Positions 18,609 through 27,521 of a stretch of 27,521 nucleotides of DNA are shown in pieces; position 1 is the first letter of the stretch; every line of letters begins with the position of its first letter. The notes below the pieces were generated by a model, which saw nothing but the letters and a program-made list of their open reading frames with translations, had not been told where the DNA came from and did no database searches. Both the position numbers and the translations under genes were made by a program. Origin of the DNA: a bacterium (GTDB lineage Bacteria > Eisenbacteria > RBG-16-71-46); contig JAYWEM010000039.1 in assembly GCA_043779265.1 (NCBI GenBank), forward strand, positions 1 through 27,521, given 5' to 3'.

Positions 18609-19300
18609 CGTGGGGCTCCGTTCGCGTTTACGGCCCCGGCTGAGGCCATGCGCACGAACTCGCCCACCTCATTGCGCACCATGTGGCACTGGCGGCAATG
18701 GATGCGCTCGGGGTGGGTGGTTCGGATCTCGGGTGCCGCCGCCGCGCTGCCATGACAAGCCAGACAATTCTCCCGCATCTGCAGGGCATGGGGGATCGCG
18801 GGTGGAGCGCCGACCATCGCGGCTTGCCCGATCGAAGGCGCCGACTCGGACTGCCATGCGGTCTCGACGAACAGCGGCACGGGCTTCTGCGGCACGTGGC
18901 ACTGGAGACAGCTGGCCATCTCAGGATGCGGAGTCGGCGGGGCGTAGGCCGCAAACCGGGCGACATAACCCCCTATCGCATGACAACTTCCACAACTCCC
19001 TTCACGCAGCTCCTGAGAGGTGAGGGGGTGCGGGATCGTCGGGGGTGCGCCGGGGTACGCCCGTCGACTCGCTCGGTCCGACAAGCGGCGAGGAGGAACA
19101 CCAACACCCAACCGCGCAAGGGAGTCCAGAACGGTGTTCGGCCTGAACATGACCGCCTCGGCCGCGATCGGGGCCAGCCCATCGGGGGATGATGGCCGCA
19201 ACTGCTCATGCGATGGCCGATGCAGTGCCGGTCCGAGCAGAGAGACGATCAGCACCATTCCCGCGACGGAAGCGGCGATGAGGACGAGCCGGGTGCGCAT
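18605..19300 (-). CDS. napB: NapB-family cytochrome c subunit, tetraheme (duplicated) form
   Basis: Two GAPPxIPH motifs; CGSCH, CLQCH, CLACH, CRQCH; directly downstream of napA. Confidence 0.85.
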   Translation of the reverse strand: MRTRLVLIAASVAGMVLIVSLLGPALHRPSHEQLRPSSPDGLAPIAAEAVMFRPNTVLDSLARLGVGVPPRRLSDRASRRAYPGAPPTIPHPLTSQELREGSCGSCHAIGGYVARFAAYAPPTPHPEMASCLQCHVPQKPVPLFVETAWQSESAPSIGQAAMVGAPPAIPHALQMRENCLACHGSAAAAPEIRTTHPERIHCRQCHMVRNEVGEFVRMASAGAVNANGAPR

Positions 19301-19303
19301 GCG

Positions 19304-21664
19304 TCAGCCCTCTCGGCCTGCTCTCGGGGCCGACTTCGCGACGCCGACCCGCTCGACTCGTACGGCGCACTTCTTGTAGTCCGGCTGCCGACTGATGGGG
19401 CAGAAGGCGTCCAGCGTCAGTTCGTTGACGAGCAGGGACTCGTCGAAGAAGGGCACGAACACCTGGCCTCTTGCGGGGCGGGCTCGTTCATCGATGCGGG
19501 CCTCGATGATCATCTCACCGCGACGGCTCACAAGCCGGACACGCTCGCGGTCGATGACGCCGAGTTCCCGGGCATCCTCGGGATGCAACTCGACGTAGGA
19601 GGACGGCACTGCTCGGTGCAGCGTGGGAATGCGCCGCGTCATGGAACCCGTGTGCCAGTGCTCGAGGACGCGGCCCGTGTTCAGCCAGAAGGGATACTCC
19701 GCATCAGGCGACTCGGCAGGTGGCTCGTACGGACGAAGCCAGAGCCATGCGCGATGATCGGGCTTGCCATAGAAGTCGAATCCCAGCTTGGCATCGGCGA
19801 CGGGGTCGTACTTGGCGTTGTATCGCCAGAAGGTCTCGCGCCCATCGACCACCGGCCACACGACCCCCGGCCTGCGGCGCAACTCATCGTAGGTCGCGAC
19901 ACGATGCTTGTCGTTATCGTGGAACTTGGAGTACTCGGCCCAAATGTCACGAATGTGCGTCTCGCGCTTCCAGGGGAACAACTTCTCGTGCCCCAGCCTC
20001 CGAGCCACCTCGATCATCTGCCATCCATCGCTCATGCAGTCGCCGGGCGGATCCACGAGTCGATCCCAGTGCTGAGTCCGACGCTCGGCGTTCCCGAACA
20101 GGCCCTCGCGCTCGATCCAGAGTGCCGAGGGGAGGATGACGTCGGCGATGTCGGTGGTGGGTGTCGGGTAGACATCGGAGACGACGATGAATCGGCCCGC
20201 CTTCTGAACGGCATCGCGGTATCGACGCAGCTTGGGCATCGTGACCATCGGGTTCGTGACTTGGATCCACATGAACCGGATGTCGCCGCGATCGAGCGCG
20301 CGGAACATCTCGACCGCGTGATACGTCGGCTTGGGCGGGATGTTCTCGACCGGCACGCCCCAGATCCCCGCGGCCACCTTGCGATGCTCTTCGTTCGTCA
20401 CCGTGCCGTTGGGCAACGCGTGCGTGAGTGTGCCGACCTCGCGAACCGTGCCACAGGCACTGGGTTGGCCCGTCAACGAGAACGGGCTGTTCCCCGGCTC
20501 CGAGATCTTCCCGACCAGCAGGTGGATGTTGTAGATGAGGTTGTTGATCCATGTCCCGCGCGTATGCTGATTCGCACCCATGCACCAGAAGGACGTGACC
20601 TTGAGCGCCGGGTCGCCATACAGCGAGGCGAGCCATCGGAGGTCGGTCGCGGCGACCCCGGAGAGTTGCTCCACCTTGTCCGGGCTGTAGTCCTCGAGGA
20701 ATCGAACGAAGTCCTCCCACGAGGCGTCGCGCGGCTCGTCGGTGAATGCGAACTTGTCCTCGATGCCGTAGCCGATATTGGTCTTCCCCGACTTGAGCGA
20801 CACATGCTTCCGAACGAAGGTGTGATCCACCCATCCGTTACGCACCAGTTCGTAGCAGATGGCATTCGCGACCGCGAGGTCCGTCTGGGGCACGAACAGG
20901 AGAGAGCGATCCGCCGCGTAGCTCGTTCGTGTGGTGCGGGTGGCGAGATCGATGATCCTCACCTTGGGATCCTTCAGCCGACGATCGAGCATCCGGGAGA
21001 AGAGCACCGGGTGCATCTCGGCCATGTTGTTCCCCCAGAGCACGAACACATCAGCATGGTCGATGTCCTGGTAGCACCCCATCGGCTCGTCGAGACCGAA
21101 CGACGTCATGAACCCGGTCACAGCGCTGGACATGCACAGTCGCGCATTGGCCTCGAGGTTGTTGGTGCCGATGGCTCCCTTGAACAACTTACTCGCGACA
21201 TACCCATCGGGGATGGCCCACTGGCCCGAACCGTACATCGCCACGGAGTCCTTGCCGTGCGAGGCGATGGTCTCCTTGAGCTTGCTCGCCACGAGGTCGA
21301 GCGCCTCCTGGATGGGGACCTCCACCATCTTCCCGTCGCGGCGGACCTTCGCGCGACGAAGGCGGTCTCGGCCATAGAGCGCCTGAACCGAGTGGTAGCC
21401 CTTGACGCAGCACAGTCCTCGATTGACCGGCGAAGCCGGGTCGCCCTTCACGGCCACCGCCTTGCCATCGGAGATCCCGATGAGCAGCCCGCACCCGGTG
21501 CCGCAGAATCGACAGGGGGCCTTTCGCCACCGGACATCGGCCTCGGCGCTGGCGCTGCCACTGGAGCGACCGAACGAGATGCCCGGGAACATGGCGGTGG
21601 CGGCGGCGGCCGCCGAGGCGAAGGCGGCGCGTTTCAGGAACTCACGTCGATCGAGCAGGCTCAT
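19304..21664 (-). CDS. napA: Periplasmic nitrate reductase catalytic subunit
   Basis: Tat 'LDRREFLK'; CRFCGTGC...C [4Fe-4S]; '[10 protein letters not shown]' (Mo-ligand Cys); '[10 protein letters not shown]'; 'MGANQHTRG'; '[11 protein letters not shown]'; '[14 protein letters not shown]'; 'PDYKKCAV'. Confidence 0.95.
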   Translation of the reverse strand: MSLLDRREFLKRAAFASAAAAATAMFPGISFGRSSGSASAEADVRWRKAPCRFCGTGCGLLIGISDGKAVAVKGDPASPVNRGLCCVKGYHSVQALYGRDRLRRAKVRRDGKMVEVPIQEALDLVASKLKETIASHGKDSVAMYGSGQWAIPDGYVASKLFKGAIGTNNLEANARLCMSSAVTGFMTSFGLDEPMGCYQDIDHADVFVLWGNNMAEMHPVLFSRMLDRRLKDPKVRIIDLATRTTRTSYAADRSLLFVPQTDLAVANAICYELVRNGWVDHTFVRKHVSLKSGKTNIGYGIEDKFAFTDEPRDASWEDFVRFLEDYSPDKVEQLSGVAATDLRWLASLYGDPALKVTSFWCMGANQHTRGTWINNLIYNIHLLVGKISEPGNSPFSLTGQPSACGTVREVGTLTHALPNGTVTNEEHRKVAAGIWGVPVENIPPKPTYHAVEMFRALDRGDIRFMWIQVTNPMVTMPKLRRYRDAVQKAGRFIVVSDVYPTPTTDIADVILPSALWIEREGLFGNAERRTQHWDRLVDPPGDCMSDGWQMIEVARRLGHEKLFPWKRETHIRDIWAEYSKFHDNDKHRVATYDELRRRPGVVWPVVDGRETFWRYNAKYDPVADAKLGFDFYGKPDHRAWLWLRPYEPPAESPDAEYPFWLNTGRVLEHWHTGSMTRRIPTLHRAVPSSYVELHPEDARELGVIDRERVRLVSRRGEMIIEARIDERARPARGQVFVPFFDESLLVNELTLDAFCPISRQPDYKKCAVRVERVGVAKSAPRAGREG

Positions 21665-21927
21665 GACCGACCTCGCATCGAGGACTCCGCGTTGTCCTCG
21701 AGCGGCACCTCCCCGAAGCTGAGGGCGAGGCACTCCACCTCATCCACGGCTTCGATCGCCCCTCGAAGTGTCTCCTCCGATGCGTCTTCGGTGGAGGAAG
21801 TGACGAGGACGAGCACGTCATGTCCCTCGGCCCCGGTCACATCACATCCCGGCAGTCGAGCGAGACTCGCGGCGGCTTGAGCCGACCGGCCGGGTTTCGG
21901 GAAGACGAGGTAGCTGCACACGGGCAT
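21661..21927 (-). CDS. napD: NapD-like Tat proofreading chaperone
   Basis: 88 aa, 'MPVCSYLV...LPGCDV...VLVLVT', ferredoxin-like pattern; ATGA overlap with napA. Confidence 0.7.
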   Translation of the reverse strand: MPVCSYLVFPKPGRSAQAAASLARLPGCDVTGAEGHDVLVLVTSSTEDASEETLRGAIEAVDEVECLALSFGEVPLEDNAESSMRGRS

Positions 21928-21960
21928 TCGGCACCTCTTGGCTGACTTCGAGAGAGACCC

Positions 21961-22015
21961 GACCTCAACCTAGGTCCGCGCACCCTTCGTCTCAATGCTC
22001 CTTAGGTCTACCTCC
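21961..22015. promoter_or_regulatory. Candidate operator sites upstream of the nap operon
   Basis: GACCT-N6-AGGTC (21961-21976), AGGT-CT-ACCT (22004-22013) and a repeated TAGGTC. Confidence 0.35.
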
Positions 22016-22039
22016 AGCGCTCTCACGCATGCGTGAGAG

Positions 22040-23488
22040 TCAGGCAGGCGCAACTTCCTGAGGAGAAGTTCTCGACTCACCCTTCAGATAGGCGACAGCC
22101 TCGGCGGCCGTGTACCGCGAGCGTCCTCCGAGGAAACCGGCGATCGCCCGGAGATCGTCACCACTGGTGAGCAGCGGCGGCTCGAGTCGCCCATCCGCGC
22201 GTGACTGCGCCATGCCGATGTTGGCGAACAGGGCATTGCACAGACACCGGCGACCGACGGTGTCCGACTCCCTGCCGCCCTTCTCGAGATACGAGGCCAG
22301 GGGCTCGCTCGCACATCGATATCCGATTCGACCATCAGCTCGGCGAAAGGCCGTGCGCAGGTAACCGAGATCGCACACGCGCTCACGCTCGAGGCCCCGC
22401 GACGGATCGCCCGGCCAGTCGACCACCTTGAACGGATAGCCGGTGGGGGAGGCGACGGGGTCGGTGAGCACGTCCACGTGGCCGAGCGACGCGTGTTCGA
22501 GCACTGAACGCTTGAGTGGGTCCGCGAGCCCCGACTCGTCGCAGTACGCGAACAGAGTGCCCGCCTGCACGCCCATTGCCCCGAGCGCCTGTGCCTCGAC
22601 CACCGCTCCGCTTCGCGTCCACCCTCCCGCGAGCCAGAAGGGCAACCCGAGGTCGCGGATCTTCTCGAGATCCACGTTGTCCCGCTCGCCGTAGCACGGC
22701 TCTCCGCGCTGGTTGAGTTGCATCTCGCCACGCGGCGGCGCGTTGTGTCCTCCGGCCGTCGGACCCTCGACGACGAATCCATCGATGCGCCCCGTGCCCT
22801 TGCGCACGAGGATGGTGGCCAACGAGTGACTCGCGATGATCGGCAGGAAGTGCGGTCGCTTGAGAGTCCGCGAGTGGTCCACGGCATGATCGCGCGGGTC
22901 CAACGCCACGACCTCGGTCACCTGATTCGTGTCGCCCTCGACGTCGAGCCGCGACGAGACCGGCTCGTGGCGGGAGAGCGCGTCGAGGATGCCGGGAACA
23001 TCGCGAGGAATGCCCGCACCCATCAGAACGAAGTCGACATCGGCCAGCATGGCGCCGTAGAGGGTGGCCAGATTCGGGAGTTGGACTTTCGTGAGGAGGT
23101 TCAGGCCGATTCGTCCCGCGTGCCCCTCCCTGGCGAGATGAACCTCGACGAATGCGGCGAGCATGGTGATCTGCTGCCGCAGTCGGTGGGCGATCTGCCG
23201 ATGCATGGGCAGCAGGGCATAGGGCTGTCCCGGAGCACGTCCGTCCGGGAGGAAGTAGCGGCGGGTCACGTCTTCGGCGGCTCCCTCGATCGGGAAGCGC
23301 GCCATCGCACGCCGCATGTGACCGCCCGGATCGCCATCCTGGAGGCGTCGGATCAGCACGGTGTCGATCGCCGTGCCCGAGACGACACCGAGTCCGCCAC
23401 AGATGGACACGGCGCGAGCGAGCTTCCAGTCCGAGATCGCGATTCCCATTCCGCCCTGGATGATCGAGGGCAGCTCCTGCGCATGCAT
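22040..23488 (-). CDS. Nitronate monooxygenase/FabK/FabX-family FMN TIM-barrel oxidoreductase
   Basis: 'IIQGGMGIAIS', 'MGAGIP', 'VVEGPTAGGH', 'GVQAGTLF', 'SPTGYPFK'. Confidence 0.88.
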   Translation of the reverse strand: MHAQELPSIIQGGMGIAISDWKLARAVSICGGLGVVSGTAIDTVLIRRLQDGDPGGHMRRAMARFPIEGAAEDVTRRYFLPDGRAPGQPYALLPMHRQIAHRLRQQITMLAAFVEVHLAREGHAGRIGLNLLTKVQLPNLATLYGAMLADVDFVLMGAGIPRDVPGILDALSRHEPVSSRLDVEGDTNQVTEVVALDPRDHAVDHSRTLKRPHFLPIIASHSLATILVRKGTGRIDGFVVEGPTAGGHNAPPRGEMQLNQRGEPCYGERDNVDLEKIRDLGLPFWLAGGWTRSGAVVEAQALGAMGVQAGTLFAYCDESGLADPLKRSVLEHASLGHVDVLTDPVASPTGYPFKVVDWPGDPSRGLERERVCDLGYLRTAFRRADGRIGYRCASEPLASYLEKGGRESDTVGRRCLCNALFANIGMAQSRADGRLEPPLLTSGDDLRAIAGFLGGRSRYTAAEAVAYLKGESRTSPQEVAPA

Positions 23489-23689
23489 AGGTGATTCCCG
23501 ATTGGCGACCGGTCAGTGGGCACTGCACCTCGCCTCACCCGGTCGCGCGGTGACAGGTGGGCGAGGGAGGCGCTCCCATGATGCGCCTCGAGGTCGAGTC
23601 CACCGCTCAACGTAGTGCAGGTCGCAGCCAGTGGAAGGGGTCCTTTGGTAGCGGTGGGGACCCGCGTCGGAGGTTGCCGTGCGCGAGGA

Positions 23690-24751
<1,062 letters not shown>

Positions 24752-24919
24752 GGGGATCGCGCTCCGTGGCAATGAGGGAGTGGTTGTGGTGGGCGGGACT
24801 GCCGTGGCGAGCGTAAGAAGCCCTGCGGGCCGTCGCAATGCGACCATCGGAGGGGGGGCGCAACCGGGTGTATTGGAACGGCCGCTCGGCCGATAACTCC
24901 CAGAACCCAAGGAGGTCCC

Positions 24920-26314
24920 ATGTCCCGGCCCCTGATCCACCCCACGCTCGTCGCTTCGCTCGTGCTCACGGTCTCGTGTCTCGTTGTCGGCTGCGCCGGT
25001 CCCTCGAAGCTCGCTCAGCGCAGCGAGAAGAACCTCGCCAAGGGCGACATCTGGAAGGCGTGGCAACAGGCGACCAAGGCGCTCGATCGCGAGCCGATGA
25101 ACCCCCGCGCCAAGAGTGCTGTTGCAGCGGCCGGCCACGTGATCGCCGTGGATTGGCAGCGTCGAATCCACGCGCTCGCTGGTGTCGACAGCATGCTCGC
25201 AGCCGAACAGGTGCTCGCGTTCTCCGAGTTCCGCGCGAACGCGGCAAACTACACCACGCTCTCCCTGGCGCCAGCATGGGAGTCCGATGAGCGAGCCATC
25301 CGGCGCGCCGCGGCCCACCGTCATTACACGCAGGGCAAGCAGGCGGCCAGCGCGCAGCGACCGAAGGCAGCCTACCGGCAGTACCGCGAGTGCGAGCGCT
25401 ATCAGACGGGCTATCGCGATGTGGCGAAACTGGCGGATGCGGCCTATGAGCGGGCGATGACGCGCGTCGCGTTCGTGCCATTCTCGGGCAGCGGCTCGGC
25501 CAATGGGTTCGGTGGCGAAGTCTCGGAAGAATGGCGCGACGCCATGGCGCACGAGTTCTCCCCGACAGCTGCACGTTTCACACGCATCCTCGGCGCGGAT
25601 GCCATCAACAGCCGCATGACCGTGGGCCAACTCGGGCGCATGTCACGCGAGGAGGTCGTGCGGCTCGGGCGCAAGAGCGGTGCTGAACGCGTCGTCTGGG
25701 GCTCGGTCGGTCAGATCCGCTCGGAGACGCACCTCCAGTACTTCCGCGAGGTGATCGCCCGTCGGATCGTGCAGGAGGGTCCGGACGGCAAGCCCGTCGT
25801 GCGCTGGGTGGACGTGCCGATCGAAGTCGTCGCTCGTGTGCGCGACGTCTCGGTGGATCTGGACTACGAGGTGATCTCGACCCGAGACGGCACATCGCTC
25901 GCTCATCGCAGCGACCCGCGAGAGACTCGCGCTCGTGTCGTCTGGACGTCCTTCGTCCCCGAGGGCGAACTGGGGCTCTATTCACTCGTCTCCGAGGCCA
26001 CACGCACCTCGGACCCGAAACGCACCAAAGATGTCGAGACGCGTTGGAAGGCCGTGTGCGGTGAAGGCACCACGCTCAATCAGGTTCTGGCCGCGAGACG
26101 AGAGGCGCGTGGCGACCTCGGCTACAACGCCGGTTCCATAGGCCGATTCGTCGCCGGCACCGCGTTCGTGTTCCTCAAGGAGCTACCGCCCGCACAGGAG
26201 CTCGCCCAGGCGGTCGTCCGCAACGGCTGGAGACCGTTGCTGTCCGATCTCGCCCGCCTCGATGGCGTGGACGACGTCGATCTCGGAGTGGCACTCGGCG
26301 ACGACGCGCGCTGA
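24920..26314 (+). CDS. Putative lipoprotein with TPR-like N-terminal helices and CsgG/TolB-N-like alpha/beta domain
   Basis: AAGGAGG RBS; lipobox VVG-C; 'RVAFVPFSG', '[15 protein letters not shown]'. Confidence 0.75.
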   Translation: MSRPLIHPTLVASLVLTVSCLVVGCAGPSKLAQRSEKNLAKGDIWKAWQQATKALDREPMNPRAKSAVAAAGHVIAVDWQRRIHALAGVDSMLAAEQVLAFSEFRANAANYTTLSLAPAWESDERAIRRAAAHRHYTQGKQAASAQRPKAAYRQYRECERYQTGYRDVAKLADAAYERAMTRVAFVPFSGSGSANGFGGEVSEEWRDAMAHEFSPTAARFTRILGADAINSRMTVGQLGRMSREEVVRLGRKSGAERVVWGSVGQIRSETHLQYFREVIARRIVQEGPDGKPVVRWVDVPIEVVARVRDVSVDLDYEVISTRDGTSLAHRSDPRETRARVVWTSFVPEGELGLYSLVSEATRTSDPKRTKDVETRWKAVCGEGTTLNQVLAARREARGDLGYNAGSIGRFVAGTAFVFLKELPPAQELAQAVVRNGWRPLLSDLARLDGVDDVDLGVALGDDAR

Positions 26315-26330
26315 CCTGAAGCGACGATGA

Positions 26331-26367
26331 CCGACGCCGGCGGAGCGTTCGCGCCCGCCGGCGTTGG
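26331..26367. terminator. GC-rich stem-loop after the lipoprotein gene
   Basis: ccgacgccggcgg-a-gcg-TTCG-cgc-ccgccggcgttgg; no clear U-tract. Confidence 0.5.
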
Positions 26368-26445
26368 CGTGTCCGCCCATGGGTCCTTCCGCTTGCGATG
26401 CGAACGGTCGAGTGACAGGCTCGCCAGCCAACCAGGAGGTGCGAC

Positions 26446-27396
26446 ATGTCGAAGAAGAAGGTCATCGCCGTATTCGGAGCCACGGGAGCTCAAGGTGGCG
26501 GATTGGCCCGCGCGATCGCCGCTGACACCAGCGGTTCGTTCTCGGCGCGAGCGATCACGCGCAATCCCGAGTCCGACAAGGCAAAGGCGCTGGCAGCGCT
26601 CGGGATCGAAGTCGTCTCTGCAGACACCGACCAGGAGTCCACGCTCGATGCAGCGCTGGCTGGGGCCCATGCCGCCTTCTGCGTGACCAACTTCTGGGAG
26701 CACTTCTCGGCCGAGCGTGAAGGCAAGCAGGCGACCGCCATGGCCCGTGCCACGAAGCGCGCCGGACTCGCCCACGTCATCTGGTCGACACTCGAGGACA
26801 CTCGCAAGCTCCTCCCTCTGAGCGACTCGCGACTGCCCACGCTGCATGGCCAGTACAACGTGCCGCACTTCGACTCCAAGGGTTCGGTGGACGCAACGTT
26901 CACGCAGCAGGGCGCGCCGACCACGTTCCTCCTCACATCCTTCTACTGGGAGAACTTCATCCACTTCGGCATGGCACCCCGAGCGGGCGCTGATGGCCGA
27001 CTCGTGCTGGCCATGCCGCTGGGCGGAGCGAAGCTGCCGGGCATCTCGGTCGAGGACATCGGCCGTTGCGCTCTCGGCCTATTCCGTCAGGGACCGGGCA
27101 CGGCGGGCCAGTACATCGGGATCACCGGTGGGATCCTGAGCGGCCTCGAGATGGCCGAGGCGATGGCGCGCGCATTCAAGAAGAGCGTGACATTCGCCGA
27201 CGTGCCGTTTGATGTTTATCGCGGACTCGGGTTCCCGGGCGCCGACGATCTGGGGAACATGTTCCAGTACCAGGCGATCTTCCACGATGAGTTCGTCTCG
27301 AGTCGTTCGTTGGAGACCGCGCGCACGCTGAATCCGGGAATACTCTCCTTCGAGGCTTGGCTGGCGGCCAATGCCGAGAACATCCCGCTCGCTTGA
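26446..27396 (+). CDS. NmrA/HSCARG family NAD(P)-binding protein
   Basis: 'IAVFGATGAQGG', 'FCVTNFWE', 'HVIWSTLED', 'VPHFDSKG'; AGGAGG RBS. Confidence 0.92.
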   Translation: MSKKKVIAVFGATGAQGGGLARAIAADTSGSFSARAITRNPESDKAKALAALGIEVVSADTDQESTLDAALAGAHAAFCVTNFWEHFSAEREGKQATAMARATKRAGLAHVIWSTLEDTRKLLPLSDSRLPTLHGQYNVPHFDSKGSVDATFTQQGAPTTFLLTSFYWENFIHFGMAPRAGADGRLVLAMPLGGAKLPGISVEDIGRCALGLFRQGPGTAGQYIGITGGILSGLEMAEAMARAFKKSVTFADVPFDVYRGLGFPGADDLGNMFQYQAIFHDEFVSSRSLETARTLNPGILSFEAWLAANAENIPLA

Positions 27397-27411
27397 CATC
27401 GACTCGCAACG

Positions 27412-27447
27412 AAGCGGCGGCCCAGTGCGCTCCCCGGGCCGCCGCTT
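27412..27447. terminator. Probable bidirectional terminator
   Basis: 12-bp stem aagcggcggccc / gggccgccgctt between convergent genes. Confidence 0.7.
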
Positions 27448-27463
27448 ACTGTTCCTGCGTTCC

Positions 27464-27521
27464 CTACTTCTTGTCGAAGAAGAACGTGACGCCGGAGATT
27501 TCCTTGCAATCGCGTCCGGTG
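27464..27521 (-). CDS. 3' end of a gene running off the window
   Basis: Frame reads ...TGRDCKEISGVTFFFDKK-TAG and converges on the terminator. Confidence 0.5.
   Translation of the reverse strand, partial: TGRDCKEISGVTFFFDKK

Noticed and set aside
19208..21880. 890-aa + strand ORF
   Set aside because: Antisense shadow of napA/napD with no motifs; expected at high GC.
24752..25630. N-terminal extension of the cysteine synthase ORF (646 aa in the track)
   Set aside because: Overlaps the + strand lipoprotein gene; family similarity begins only near 24751.

Overview
High-GC bacterial chromosomal window with about 21 CDSs and no recognisable rRNA, tRNA, CRISPR array or transposase. The gene repertoire (a FlgD-Ig/T9SS-like C-terminal domain, tandem Ser/Thr kinase-beta-propeller receptors, C-terminal TWGxIKxxYR tails) suggests an FCB-related candidate lineage such as Ca. 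Eisenbacteria (inference). Left half: secreted/surface proteins, two paralogous membrane kinases, a TylF-type methyltransferase and a Cys-free TlpA-like protein. Centre: a 958-codon hybrid histidine kinase gene broken by two in-frame TAA codons with no frameshift; one TAA sits on a conserved Gln. Right half: an atypical periplasmic nitrate reductase operon (napD-napA-tetraheme napB-tetraheme lipoprotein-NrfC-like-NrfD-like, no napC/napGH), preceded by NMO/FabX-like and cysteine synthase-family genes, then a lipoprotein and an NmrA-family gene. Main leads: the shared C-terminal TWGxIKxxYR candidate sorting signal, the double in-frame TAA, and the non-canonical Nap electron chain.
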